The position numbers and the translations under genes were made by a program. Shown here one piece after another: positions 13,701 through 28,400 of a DNA stretch of 64,000 bases (position 1 is its first letter; every line of letters begins with the position of its first letter). This DNA comes from Iphione sp. A-MEVVRFRX5 (Eukaryota). The stretch spans positions 115,258,001 through 115,322,000 of the forward strand of contig OZ320313.1 of assembly GCA_976226885.1 (NCBI GenBank), given 5' to 3'. The notes beneath the pieces were generated by a model. That model was not told the origin of the DNA, made no database searches, and saw nothing but the letters and a program-made list of their open reading frames with translations.

Positions 13701-16700
13701 CCCACTAGGGATTGATCTCCATGTATCCGTGTCTTTATGTAGCATGTCTCTGCGTTTTCACAGAGGAGCTTGGGGATTTTGGTTACCAACAAGAGTGGCT
13801 CTGTGAAGTGTATTTTTAGAATGGGATCCTATCCCCCCATCCCCTTCAATGCCCTGTGTCCATCTTTGAAATAGGAGCTATGCTTCTCTATCGGGGTCAT
13901 ACAAGGTTCCATGTTGGCTCCTCTACCTTTTCTGGTAAACACAGTGTGAAATCTACATGGCCGTCCACAGTCCTAAAACACGCTACCTGCATGGACGGGC
14001 ACATGGTGACCCGGCCTACGACCCGCAAGATTCAAACCCATGATATTAATATTCTATCTATGGCGGAAAGTGATGACAACACTCCCTCTTGACTACAGCC
14101 ATTCATATTATACACCAGTCTTGAGGAAAAATAAATCGGAAAACCTCTCCAAGCTTCATCTGTATAGAACATATAGGTGGCCGTTATCTTTGATAAATGA
14201 AGAAATTTCCACCGTCAATTGCTCACACCAATGGAAAATTATATGCGTTTCATGAGTAAGCACACGCCTTCATATCATATTATAACTGAACGGTGTTAAC
14301 TGGAACTTTTGGAAATACTTTCACGCAGTTGACGACAACAACTGGTAGTAGGTTTCAGTACTCCTGCCATCAATTTTAGGAACAAGTCTCACTGTAAGTC
14401 CTTCGTTTTGCCTTCACATTTTGTGTGGAACTATTGTCGTGGTCGTTCCTGACTTTTGCATCTCCTTTTTTAAAATCTAAGGATAACTGTTGGGCTAATA
14501 AGTAATGTCGTCTTAGAATCAGTAACCTATAGGAAACCTTCTTGAACGTCTGTCAAGATGTGGCTTCACTAGATTTTGTGAAAGATTTACACCAACGAAG
14601 GGACAGAAGAGTATTCGAGGTTCTTATTATTACTACTGGCAACAACACTAACATACATTCCATCTTCGTGAACAAATTTACTTATAATTTACTAACATTT
14701 CTAGCCAAAGGACTCAAGCAGTTTCTATGCAAGACGTTCCACAAACCAACCATCCTTGTTCGAAGATGGAGCAATCATACCGACAAATATTCTAAAACCT
14801 ATGGCCGATTTTATCTGCTGCTCGCCTCTTCTCAAGAGGCCTCGTTCCTTTTCCAGGCAACAAATTACTGACTATGTTTGCTTGCATAAGAATCACTTAA
14901 ACGTTTCAAGTCATCATCGCCGTAGGAGAAGCCCTTTGAGCCTTTCTTCCCTGCTTTGTTTCTGACAGCAGCATATAATATTCGATAATATATGAATGAA
15001 GAGTGGTCTTTGCTCGCTAGTTACACAGAATACAGATTTGAAGATCCGTGTACCCTCACACACCCTTTCTGTTGCTTTCTGTGATCCCTTTCAGATCTCC
15101 AAGAATCTCCAAGAAGCTCAGACAGAGATACATCCCGACTGAGAAGAGAGAGGCTCCTGATAATCATTGCTCCTTACATACAACGTCCGCATTAGTGTCA
15201 TTCCTTGATGGAAGGACCTTGATATGCCAGATATGGAACTACATGTATTGCCATTCAGGTAGGCAACTCTGTGCCGACCATGAATTCAGCCTAAGTTGCA
15301 GGATCAAATGGGTCACATAACAGATCCTGTGATAGCATTTCCCTAACTACAATTGAAATGTCCTAATGTGAGCACTACATTCAGAACCAGCAGGGGACAA
15401 ATGGCTCAAATCACATTTTGGAGGGGATTCATAATTCCATGAAAAATTAGTGGTTAAATCAAAGTATATTTTTCTCAAACAATTATCTCAAAGCAAGAGA
15501 TGAACACAGTTGACATCGAACCAATGCAATAGATACATGGCGATGCGTGTTTCTCAGCGACAATTCTTGCACCTTTGCTTGCAGCATCCGACAGGGTGCA
15601 CGTAATCAAAAACTACCTTCTCAATCTTATCCATATGTTCCACGTACAATGCGCATACATATAACACAGTAGGATCATTATTACATGGCTTAAATGTAAA
15701 CAGTACAAGCTTCCTCGTAACAGCTTTTTTTTACAGCCATTATAACTTGTCTTGTGGGATTGTAAACGAAGAGCGAAATACTTTCTATAGATAAACATAT
15801 ACATATTGTGCGCGCCTTACATTCTGAAAGCCACCTTTTTCAGACTTGCTTAGGGCTTGGCTCGTATTGCAGTCAGGTGTGCTATCCAATTAAAAGACGA
15901 AGGAAGAAGTGGCTTCAATTTGGGTCAGAAGACATTATCAGACTTAGGACATCTCCCAAGCTGGAAATGGGAGAATGGGAAATGGGAGTTTTTATCATGA
16001 TACTACTTCTACTATTTCGGAAAAGTTTCTTCGACAGGGCCTCATTATCTCCCCAATGTTTATGTACGCTTCTCCAACGTACAGAAATGGAATACCTGTG
16101 GAACAACGCATAATCATGCGTAAGTCTATCAAATCTAGCGTCAGTTTAGTTTACCAAACCGGTTAACACCATGCGAGGCATAAAATGAATGTAATTTAAT
16201 CGCAAAGAAATTGTAATAGGATAAAAACTAGGCGTAATTGGCATCGCCTTTAGGGAGAATAATTAGATTGAAGTCAACTAGTGTCTTCAAATAATATTCC
16301 ATTTCCATGTCGATCGCCAGGAAGAGGATTTTCTCGGCACCTCATGAATATGTAATGTAACAGCCGCCATGTGTAATGAGTATGAATAATTGGTTTTCCA
16401 TCGAATCATCGGCTATATCTGGCCGTCGGGTAATTACCATTAATGAAATTGAGTGGAATACAAGATATGGCGCTACACTGCTACTCATCAGGTGCATCAA
16501 GGGACAGCCATTCCTCTTCATGTATAGTAAATAGACTGTCCCTTATTGAAATGAGGCATTTATTTCCTAGTCGCCGCCGGTTCGTAGAATCCAAACGTGG
16601 TGTTACTCGCATGATGACTATGCATTAGTGGCTTAATCTCAATAAAGCTGGTCTTATCGAGATGTCTGCCACCCAGATGCTACCACTTAGAAATATGAAC

Positions 16701-17303
16701 AGGGATTTCCTCGATGAATCAATCACACGGAGAAGAGCGTTGCAGTACTGCTTTTTTATTCATTGTAATATTATACTCGAAAATCGGGCTTGGCGTTGGT
16801 TCAAAAAACAACAGGGAATAAGTAGCTATAGGCCAACATATTTCGTGGTCTTAAGCCAGCGAATACAAAGGGGTCATTTGTAAGTTGAGATATGGCATAT
16901 CAATCTGATATGTATCCGGTAAAAGGATAGCTAGGTTGTCCTTTTTCAGTATCCCTGTTTACTTGAAATGGGGACTGATGCTTGATATGTCTGTCTGTCT
17001 GTATATGCAGGAAGGGACTCACCTAATAGCCACTTCTCCTCAGTGTACACCTCCGACTTTGGTTAAAATACATTATAGGAAATTACCACTCTCCAGGAGT
17101 CACCTCACTCAATGGTCAGAAGTTGACATATATATGGAGAGACAGAGGAAGACAAGAGACAGACAGACAGCTAGACAAACAGAAAAAGACAAAGAGACTG
17201 AGAGGGATTGCGACTATAAGAATTTCGTAAAGTATCATTTTACGGTAGGACACACTTGCATTATATAAGTATAATTTTCTAGGTATTTTAAGTGTAAATC
17301 TGT

Positions 17304-17628
17304 CTTATATACCTGGGAATAATGGCAAATGGTGATCGCGACACATTCGGCCCTGAAAATAAAACTGTGTCAATGTGTTTATTGAGGGTTTTGTAATATA
17401 CACGGCATGATGCAAGTGCAATCTGTAAATGTATTCAGCATATTGAGGAGTCCATTTATATAAAGATGCGTCACTTATATACCTGGGACTAATGGCAAAT
17501 GATGATCGCGACACATTCAGCTCTGAAAATAAAACCATGTCAGTGTGTTTACTGAGAGTTTCCCCAAGTGCCATCTGTAAATGTATTCAGTATAATATAG
17601 AGGAATCTGTTTATATAAAGACGCGTAA
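17304..17628. repeat. Diverged tandem duplication, ~170 bp period, 2 copies
   Basis: Units start cttatatacctggga(a/c)taatggcaaatg(g/a)tgatcgcgacacattc at 17304 and 17474. Both continue with tgaaaataaaac..tgtca.tgtgttta.tgag, atctgtaaatgtattcag and ttatataaaga.gcgt. The second copy has an internal deletion. Confidence 0.9.
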
Positions 17629-20600
17629 CCTCTTGCCGTTCAGGAAAGCACTGCACAATCTACGATCTCTTATTTATCTTAACGATAAGGGTTTTAATAT
17701 TGTTCACCAGGGTCTATTATACTTTATGTTCTGCATGAAATAGAAAGGGTGATCCGCATGAACGATCATCGATCAAGAGGCATGGAGATATTACTTGGAA
17801 CGTGTTAAAGGTATTTTCAGCATATTCTGTGGAGATATCAATTATGAAGTAGTCTATAATTTCTAAGACTCACAATGAATACGCGGTTCATTCTATTTTG
17901 TGAAATAGTTATGGCATGTGCATTGTCCACACACCCGTATTCAAAAACGACGTTTCAGTCAGTTAATAACAGATTGCAGATAATATTCAGATATAAATAA
18001 TAAACATTTACCACTGGATAATCATTTTCTTTCATTGGTTTAACGGATTAAAATTAATGATCAATTCTACATTTATTGCCTGATGGCGTTTGCATCAGGA
18101 ATTGGCGATATCCTAGAATATAATTGCAGTTGTTCGTGTCTGAATGAATTCGATGGCAATTTAATGTTCGCTACATATGGTAAGCATTTAAGATGTAAAG
18201 GACATTCGGGAATTGCGAACTTCAGATTAATCAATCATATTGCACTGTAAAAACGCTTGCATCCACAGGAGACAGTGAAGTATTAGAATAATGTAACCAA
18301 AACCCTTGGCAAATGGAATACATTTGCAGAAGAGACAATTACTGACCTCTAAGTAGTCCACATATGAAGACGTTACAGCCGTTATCTACGTCGATAGAGG
18401 CCAATAGGACGGAATAGATTCTCCGTAAGAACCGCAGTGAATGCCTGGTATCAGATGTGGGAGCCCCTCATCCCGCGAGTTCCAATGGTCAGTGGAAGGA
18501 AGTGACAGAGTGGTATCCATCACTGAATGGAGTGGGTATCACCTCCTGCCGGTTCCGTGCTGCTAATATTGGCCGATCCACTAGCCCCTGCGGATTCCTG
18601 GCGGCCACCGCATTGTCTGGTGACCTGCAATAGGTTTCTATATCACCAAGGTCGGCAGGCTTGGCTTGCCTACTTTCAGACCTAAACCACTCCATACTGT
18701 GGACACATTTACTTACACACCGTAGTTCCCCACTGGGGTCCACAAATCCCAGAGCCGCAGCCCATATTGGTACAGTGTCCAATGGTTTATGCATATCCAT
18801 AGGTCATCCTGTCCCCAAGAGGCAAGAGGGAGGACGCTAAATTGCACCCGGGGATTCGCAGTGGTCAGTCACCGCCAACGACATCCGAACTCCAGTGAAG
18901 GGTGGCTTTTGTCTGGTCCAGACTTTCCAGGAGATGGCCACCGGGATAACGACGGCTGGGGTACCTTCTGCGTAGGCCGTGGTTAATCAGCCCACAGGTG
19001 GATGAGGTCGGGGACTTGTCTCTAGGCAGCAACCCTGCTAGAGAGCTCACTTCGTCTGATCACCTCTCTCCGTAAAGAAGAACGTCGGTGGTCATCTTAT
19101 AAGAGAGACCTGGGTGCTCTAAAGTCTACCAAAGCTGAAATGGAATGAACTTGTGGGAAGCCTACAGTGCCATTCTTTCCCTCGCTGCTCACTCCTCAGT
19201 GCTTCCAGATAAACACTACGTCGGCGGAACATATCAAATTGTAACCCCGGAAAATCATGATTTGTGGGCGGAGAGGAGAGAGGTGCGGAGTCCATATCTT
19301 ATAGTAGCAAACCAGTGAAAGAACATTTTGGGCCGTCACGAGAGCTTGAATGATGGTCGCCTCGTGAGCACATGTCAAGCCTAGAGCGTGCACACAAAGC
19401 TCAAAGATGAAAAAGGGAGCAGCAGACGGTGGCTATGCCAATATTTTTCAATTACAACGCTTTCGTGCGCGTCTACACGGAGCCATCCATTTTAAACCTC
19501 CACACATACGACCTAATCACGGCCTTCTTTCGCTGTAATTGAATTTTGGAGTGTTCTGTCTTTTTTCTAGGGGGCACTCAAGTGTAGCCTGAGGCAGTGG
19601 CACACCCTGGCGGCGGTGGTATGTTTTATGGTGCTGTTTCCTCCAACTTCCTCTCTGCGTGCTTCTTGTCTGTTCCTAATACTAATAGCCAAAATACCAA
19701 TAAGAGGGGAGATGCCAGGCTTTCTTCACTTCCAGGTCCATCGGACCTCCTTCGCTTGTCAGTCTGACTGTAAGAATTGCTCATTTATGAGGATTTAAGT
19801 GTGACCTGCTGGTCACTGCCTCAGGATGCACCTAGATCAAAGAAGATGGGCCCCTGTCCGGGCCCGGACCCGCACCATCCCTCCACCATTCGCGCCCTAG
19901 GGACTCACGCCTGAAGTGAGTAACCCTTGCCTCGGTCTCCTCACTATGGAAAGCTCCTAAAGGCGTTCGTGTCGAGCAGGGATTTTGGACAGTCGCACGC
20001 TGGTCCATGCTTGGCAGAATTCAACGGATATCGTTTGAAATGCTGCGTTTCAACTGTAAAATTTCCAAAAGGAATATTACATAAACCATTATAAGAAAAT
20101 GTCAGCTGGCTACTAGCTACATTGCACTGAGGGACTTAGAGTGATACAGAAGTCATTCTTATCAGTGCTCATATGTCAGTTTGAGTGAGTAGTAAATTCG
20201 GAAATGGGAGTTTGCTGCAGGCAGGCAAATTGATGACAACCAATTAAAATGTCCTGACCTATCAACTTGACGGACAAGTACCGATGTGGTTGCCAACGAC
20301 CTCCCCCCACCCCCGCAAGCTATTCAACTGTGATGGACCTGTCCAGCCCAATTTATTGGCAAATAGAACTGTCAACGAGCCACGGCATGATGTCGGAGGG
20401 AACACTGCATTGTCAACAACTACAGCTATGGGAGATACCGCCATCCTTTGTAATGAAGTTCTGTGAGACAGCTGCCCAGCGGAACTGACCTGCCCCACAG
20501 GGATGCGCGGCCTGCCCGGAAGGGGGGCGATGGGGCTCGATGGTCGGCGCTGCCCAGGGACTCATCCCGGGGGAGATGGCCCTCAGCGGGCCTGTTTATC

Positions 20601-21843
20601 AGCCCCCTGCAGACCGCCAGGGGCTGAGGCACGGCTACATGGACGTAGTCGTCGTCAAAGCACGGGCAACAGTCCACAGACGTCGACCTCCCGCTTCTAG
20701 AGTAAACATAGCCTGAACCTATTAAGAGTCCAATTGATTAGACTTCCTTCTAATGTTTCCATAAAAGCAAATAGAACCAATGCCCCTTCCGAGATACCGC
20801 GACATATTTGAGTGGCGTTTATATTGAAATACCACTTGTAGGCAAGGCCTTTCCCCCTAATATGATCAATAACAATCGGTTTAGAGGACATGTTGAGATT
20901 TCGTTTGGCAGCAACATTTGTCGAATGGAGATAGCTTACACTGCCCTTTCTTCCATAATCTCACATGGAGCCTGTCATACTCAGCGCTACGAGGTTCACA
21001 CATGGGCCCCTGAATAAAGATATATCTCAGTACATGTAGAAATTGCCATTTTAGGAACGAAAGGTTGAAATGTACGACTGCTGGGGAAATAGTCCTGAAC
21101 ATAGAAATGGTAGAAAATAAGTGCATATATATCACTGAGTAGAGATCTTTCCACCTTTTACATTTCCATCTTAAATGTTCTTTGAACCTTAAACGTGTCA
21201 GTTTCGACACCGTTTCGCAAGACTATGTCAATTGATATGTGCAGATGTGCGTTACTGTTTGTTATGAAATACTCTGGCCATATTGCAGTTATTGCTGAGA
21301 ATTTGGTACTCTATAGGACGTAAAAAAATCACTCTTACAACACATACACATTCTCAGTAGAGTGTTAGATATTGTTAGTTCATTTCACATTTGAGAGCAA
21401 AGATCAGCACTATTGATCTTTTCAAATAAATAACATTTGGAAAATGAATCCAAAACAGTGCTTTCTGCAGCTTAACCCTTTATCAGGTAGAGTGGGTCTT
21501 GTTCTCTAAAAAAGTGGTGCTGTATATCATTCCCTGTGATCTGCACGAAGGAAGCTTAGAAGAAGCAACTTACTTTACCTGTAATACTTAATTGGTGCTT
21601 AGTTGCAACGATATACAGTCGTTCCCCCTAATCTGACATTTTTAGTTCCTTAAAATTTTGTCAGATATATGAGATTTGTCAGATTTGGAAATATTTCAAT
21701 TGAGTTTTCACATTTTGTTCCTGGAAACTCGGTTGGATAAGCAGTATTGTTGGATATGAGGCCATCGGTTAAGGGGGACCACTGTATTATGATGAATATA
21801 AGAGCCTGTAAAATGTACTCCCCAAAATTTCAGACTGTTCAAA

Positions 21844-21895
21844 TTTAAGACCTGCTCCAATTTTAAGTTTAAGACCTGTTTCAATTTAAGACCTG
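21844..21895. repeat. Three closely spaced copies of tttaagacctg
   Basis: Exact 11-mer at 21844, 21868 and 21885. Confidence 0.75.
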
Positions 21896-22363
21896 CGCAG
21901 AATTTCTCGTAACAACCTCGATGAAGACTCATGATGCAGCTCTCCTAATGACATATACTAGCACTTGCAACCTGTTTACACTTTCAAGAGGGTACCGCAG
22001 CATCTTTTGGCAAAATTCGGGTACTTAACGAATCTCTATACATGTATTCATGCCGAAACTGTTGCAGACTGTTGCAGTCCCTTGCACTTGCAAATTATCT
22101 TGTGTCATTATCATGCTGCAGCAGAATGAGGAATTGACCATTTTAACGTGAATTAACTGCAAACCATGAACATGTCTCCAATGTATGTAATTACTTCTCT
22201 CCTAACAGAAAAATAATACCTGGCAAGGTTCACAATCACATCATTACTGGTCCTAGGTGGGCGTGGATGCTGTTCTTCGTGTTCTTCTAAAGTAAGGCTT
22301 GGAGAGACTGCCTTTTTGCCTCTGGGCAGCTGTCGTCGACCAGACTACGTTGTGACCACCGCG

Positions 22364-22416
22364 TCTCCCCTCCCTCCCTCCTCCTCCCTCCCTCCTCCCC
22401 CCTTCTCCTTCTCCCC
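22364..22416. repeat. 53-nt pure polypyrimidine (CCT/CCCT) tract
   Basis: tctcccctccctccctcctcctccctccctcctccccccttctccttctcccc. Confidence 0.85.
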
Positions 22417-25400
22417 AGGCTTAGTCCGTGACATGAACGGGGCTTTTGTCAACGTGGTAGATCAGCCGCGTCGGACGCGTGAGCCTGCGTCCCTGACTGG
22501 CACCCTCCCAGGGGCGTCTTGATATGTAGCCTCTGCACGAAGACGCTTACTCTCATAAATCGTGGATCAAGGGGGACTTATAGCCATCATCTTATAGCAG
22601 GGGATTCCTCGCACCCAAGATAGTCACGGGGAGGAACTGTGCATTATGGGGAGCATTTATGAAAAGCCTTTTCAATCAGTGAAATAGTTCTCCAAATAAA
22701 ACTGACCTACATACCTCATCGTTAGACTTTTTCCTGTCTCACTTGAAAGACAACTACTGGTTCTTTTTTTTAAAGGAAAATATCCCTAAGTAATTATTCA
22801 AGGCCGTAGAAAACACAGGATCAACTGCCTTTACATTGCCCACCGCTACCGTGGCCAACCCTACAACTTTGCACATCGCTTGCTCCATCATTGATCATGC
22901 TGGTCTAAGAAGGGAAAACTCGGTCATCAATCAGTCCTAATTAGATCAATTATCAGGTGGCCACACTGCGCAGCCTTCGTGGCGAGGCCATCTTGTCTTG
23001 GCCTCCCTCGGGGAGAGACAGAGTGGTTACCAAGGTAGGCGGCCAGCGCCGAGAGTGGGATTAAAGGGATTGCGTGCCCCTGAGGCAACACCTACAGAGG
23101 TCACTGTCTGCCTCCTTCCTTCAGAGCACTTAGCAGACTTCTTTTTCTACGCTCGCACTAGGTTCCTGTCCCTTTCTCAACTGCCCTTTACCCCGGGCTT
23201 CCCAAGTGCTATTCACGTGTAAGAGCTCTCTGCCCGTGATGAGATCCGTACTAAGCTTGTAACAGTCAAAGTTTATCCTGAACGACGCGCCCTGAAATAT
23301 GGGGGGTGTAATTCCTGTGTCGAGCTCGCAAAAGACGGGTGTCATTAGTAAGCTCAGGTTGGAATGTCACTGATTCACTGTACCCTCACGACAGCAAACA
23401 GGACAAAATATAATCCTTTATCTGTGTCACGGCAACAGCTATGAGTGATTTGAATGCCCGCAATATCCTACCAACATGGACAGGGACGCAATTGTAACAC
23501 GAGCTAGGGTGAAGTATAGTCGCAAACACATTGAAGGATCGCGTCCTACGATGGCAAACGACATGAACAACCGACGGGCGCCAGCTCATACCCACATAGT
23601 GCAACATTCATTTTTGTTTCAACGCCTCGGAAAACAACTGGTTCACATTTTGACTTTTTATGGAACGATGCTCAAAGCTTTGCTACCTGATGTCTGAATT
23701 CGTTCAACACGGCCCGCCCGCTGCGTTTTTTCCCATCTTTAGTGATATCCGTTTCACGGTGGTCTGTACGTGCCTGCTAAACGTCGGACCACACAATGCG
23801 CGTGTATCGGCGGGCCTGTGTATGGGAGTGTGTGACTGCAAACTTGTCTAAAGTTCTAACCTCTTGGGAGCTCCTTGTCAGAAGCAACTATTTATCCACA
23901 GCATCCTGCTGCGCTAATCTAGGCGTGAAGCCGGCCCGACACTCACAATTGCCAGCATACATCAAGTGCGTGCTGAACGATTTCTTCAGGCTCTTCTTCG
24001 CGCAAGTGCATTCAGACAGGCCAGTGAAAAACGGGTCTCGTCGACAATGTGATGAAGGCTTTTGTCGTCAGTAGCCCCTGAGGAGCGAAGGAGACAGCAA
24101 CGAGCAGCCCCCCTCCCTCCCCGAAGGACGGCCCCGAGAGGGCCATTTTACATTACAAAGGGACTGCCGAAGAAAGACAGCGTGGGAAGTGACATCATCA
24201 CCAACACCCAGCGACCAGTGGTGCTTAGCAACAGGAAAGGTGTGAAGCATGCCACATATGAGTGAGCACCCTGTGGTATAGCTCGATAAGGATGGTTGGC
24301 ACGGCGAGGAGCTGCTCCCCCATACCCCATTAGATGCAATATGAACATGCAAATTCTTCACGTGAAACCTACATCATGGGTTTCAGACTAATGGGTTCAG
24401 GACGACGTTAGGGCTCATATATACGGTATCTCAGCCTCACAGCATAAAAAGATTGAATTACTCTTGCTCTACACGTCCTCGTCATCTATAATTTTACAGC
24501 TGATATATGTATGTAGAGTTCACTGTGGTTCAGCTCCATTAGCTTAATGGTGAAGACGTGCCGTCTCCATCCGGTATTATATATGGACGTTGATAATTAT
24601 CTCATCTGGTCCCGTCTAGAAACGTTGATAAAGATAAAAAAAAGACTTGGTTATGAATTTTGAAAACATTCATGCAAAATGACGGCGTCCCATGAGTGGT
24701 CTTTCCTATATGCTATAAAACGTTTGACTGTTTTGATCTTGTAGAGGAGATCTGGACTCTATTGATGTTTTGCCTATTGTAACAAGTAGGAATACATCCC
24801 ATGTAAGTGACCTTCCAAAGATAACTCGGAAAAGGACGATACAATCATAATAACTGGTAAGATGCAAGTCAAACCAAATTACCTACACCGAATGATTCAA
24901 ATTCAAACGTTTCTGTAGGGAAAAGTGTTTCTATTTCGGTAAGGGACATAGAGGCAACGATAAATTGTCTGTATAAGGCTAAAAATCTATGGAACAAAAA
25001 TAAATTCCCTAGAACGGCACTCATTTAGCACGTTTTTAGTCAGCTACAACCGGTACAACCGAGAGTCCAATTATCAAGGTTGAATGCACTGGAATAAAAA
25101 TGGCAAACGGGAGAGGGTTTTTTTTAAGCCTAATGTTGCCTCTGTGGTGAATTAGCAACATCGGTTCACATATATGCCTCGGGAACTGCGTTACTTTTAT
25201 CTGAATTAAGGATGCAAATTGAATCTTCGGTGACAATGTACGGTGTCTTCCATCTTGCACTTAATATCGACCATGTTTTGTTACCATAGTGATGGTCCTC
25301 CTATCCTAAGTAAGGCATTTGAGGTGCTATTTGGTCACGGGTACACGGTTTCAGGTTTGGGGCAGAATTCTAGACTTGGACCTCATCTTCAACATGATAG

Positions 25401-28400
25401 CATCCCGTTTTTTGCCACTGATGATCTGGGAACATGGCTCTTTCCTCACAGTGCATTAACACACTTCGTTAGGGTGGGGCCATCTTGTCTGTAGTCTCTC
25501 AGTACTTCTTCCAGTCATGAAAGCTTAAGCCTTCGCAGGCAGGTGGCCGGCGACTGCTTCTTTAGAGAGTAAAATGATGGCCCCTCTGCATGCTGTTCGT
25601 CTTGTTAGACCCCATGGCGGGCAGTTGCTGGTGGTTCTAAACGACATTCCCTGCCAGGGCCTTGACATCAGTCTTCTGGCATACTGCTGAGGTTTCAGGA
25701 TATATGAAGGCAGGGTGAAGCAAACGACATTGGCTTCGTTGAATGCTTCATCAGGGGTTATTGCGATGCGATTTAAATTTACTACTACAGACTCAAAGTA
25801 TTGCAAGTTTATTGCATACAAAATGAAAGAGAAGAGACAAAGTTTTTAAAAGATCCCAGGGCTGACTCAGGGTGAAGAGGTTCTTGTGATCTGCTGCCTC
25901 AGGGCGCAGTTTAGGCGTGTCTGGAGCTTTTCCATTAGATTCAGTGTCCAGTTCGTCTTCGGAATGATCTGTTGGTAGCCCCCCCCCCCTCTCCTGTGCT
26001 GGTTTCATATGTTCCAGTTGTAAATTGGCCCTGCGGCGGAATAGTTATCCACGAGTCAGATTGGTCCTTAGCCACTGTAATGTTTTATGGAAGGATTGTC
26101 TGTATTTTTTCTTTACTTTCATTCTAACATTTTGACAATATATGTTTCACCAATAACTTTCACATTCAGCTCTTTTTTTTAGCTATGTCTTTCCATTCGG
26201 TTTTTGGCTAGTACCCTATGACCGATTGCAAATAATGACATGCTAGAAACACACACTAACGGATTGTATTAACTTTTCTGGAATCATTCTGAGCAACGGG
26301 GCAGAAAATGAATGATTTGTATAGAGTATAAGGAAGATTTGGATGGAAATTATTATGCATATTATGTAACTACTATTAAACGTACTATACTTATTCGTTT
26401 CCAGTAAGCCTTAATGTAGGAAGATTTAGCGTGTAAACATGTAAAATGTCGTGACCTTAGATGGCTGTGCAAAAGATAGGGCGCTCATATTCAGCGAAAT
26501 AGATTCTTCTGGCCGAATTACAGTATACATGTAGTGCAGACAACAAAGGCCTTCGACGAGACTAGGACAAAAAAAAACAAAGCAAATAATATACCTGTAG
26601 CTAAACATCCCTTTTGTATGAGTCGTACTGATCCAAATGCACATATCGTTTGTTTATATTTTTGGTTCTGAATGAACAGTCTAAGAGTATATGGACGGTA
26701 CTAACTCTGAAGTATTACAATGGCCGGCAAAAAGTAAGTCGTGAAATCAACGTTTCAGCCTTTACTTCTATGTACATTACCAGATGGAAAGAGCAAAAAT
26801 ATATGAGACCATTCATGTCCGTGTTGTATAAATGACAAGAACATCCCCCTAAAATAAAGTTTTAGTAAATTTAGAAAAATGTTGATAGATTCGTGATGTG
26901 CACTAAAGAAAGACATTAAGTCCTATTCGGAGCTGCCCTTCCTCTTTTCTTAATGGATGGCGACTTTTGCTGCAGAAGGATAGAAATTCATAATGTTTGT
27001 AATTTCGAGAGACATCATTCCTGTCTGGGAGCACTTGCCACAGTACACTCACACACCTGATAAGTCTTTTTGACACGTCTCCTACGAGGATCGGTGGGTC
27101 AGATAATGAGGACCTTTTCGTACATACCTACACAAAACGGTGATTGACTAACACCACTTTTTCAACTGCCACCTCACTGATCTAAATTGCAACAGCAGTC
27201 TGATAAAAACAAGCTTTCCTCTGCCGGTGTTTAATGAAGCAATTGATCACGATGACGACATTCTTGCAAGTACCTAAGAAACAACACACGGATGTACTGT
27301 ATGAGCGTTCCGTATGTGCAGCATTTACTGCTACTAGTTACTTTTCCAAGGGTTGTTGAAATTTAGGCGAATAGATAGAGTGAATATGTGTTAAAGAAGC
27401 TCACCATATTGACTGCCTAGTACAGCAAAATCTCACAGTGCAGATCTCGAGAAATTCCTGCCAATTCTGTGTAAACTTTGTTCTGTTATGCAAATGTAAT
27501 GAACAGTATTATTTTGGTTGATCAACAAATGTTGGTCCCTCCGCCTGATAAAAACCACCATGCCTTGCCCTACTCATCAATTATGGTCTCTGGAGTCTGG
27601 AATATGGGACAATGTATGCACATTGCTCATTGTCAGACATGAGACTACGGACTCCAGATTCCCAACCCATACATACAGAAACAATCAGGTTCATTGTCAC
27701 AGTACTTTATTTTCGTGTGTACCCGTGTATGGGGTCCAGTGTAGAAAATCGTACACACGGAAACATGGCCTTACTCGCCAAGATATTTTCATATACTGTT
27801 TGCAAAGGGAGAAGGGACACATATCCACGGGAGAATCGCTTTTCCGGTCATTATACCTGTGCCACAAAGCTTTCTCGGCCCATTTCTAGAGTATCGTGAA
27901 GGTACGCGAACAGGAGGACCACAGCTTCAATGTTGAAGTAAGCGCACAGAGCTCAAGTGGACATTCTAGTCATAAAATGTTCAACTGGGCTTTATCAGGA
28001 AAGGGTATGAGGCGCGTAGTGATAGTTGAATGAATATGAATGTCATCCTCCACCCAATTCATGGAATCAAGGATTCATCAGACGAAGTGGGTCGTAATAT
28101 CTTATATACATGACAAAGTGTTGTTCAATTTCACGAAATGGATAGTGTCTAGTTTTATATGCTATCTTCTTTACTTTTCCAAGAGGTAAACATAAGCAGA
28201 TGACATACAAATATATACATGTACATGTATATAATTGACTGATCGGTTCATGTGGACAACGTAGGGTCTGTTCCTGCAATATTCTAAAGTTAGATCTCAT
28301 CTCATACACCTAAATATACCCGCTAAGCCAAACATCTTGCTGTACAGATACTCAAGTATCACAAAACCTACCCAACGGTATTGTCGTGTCACTTTCTTTC

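Noticed and set aside
14533-14965. 109-aa plus-strand ORF whose antisense frame has only TAA/TAG stops (reads like a ciliate code)
   Set aside because: Explained by Leu codons (TTA/CTA) on the opposite strand; no homology or splice support.
19801-19921. 14-bp palindrome gtccgggcccggac plus two 6-bp hairpins
   Set aside because: Several 14-bp palindromes are expected by chance in 64 kb.
18420-20700. GC-rich patches with several short ORFs, possible LTR/DIRS relic
   Set aside because: No RT, RNase H, integrase or recombinase motif, and no paired LTRs found.
25240-26010. Minus-strand ORF fragments with an acidic segment (HSEDELDTESNG)
   Set aside because: Interrupted by stops, no domain match and no phase-consistent splice sites.
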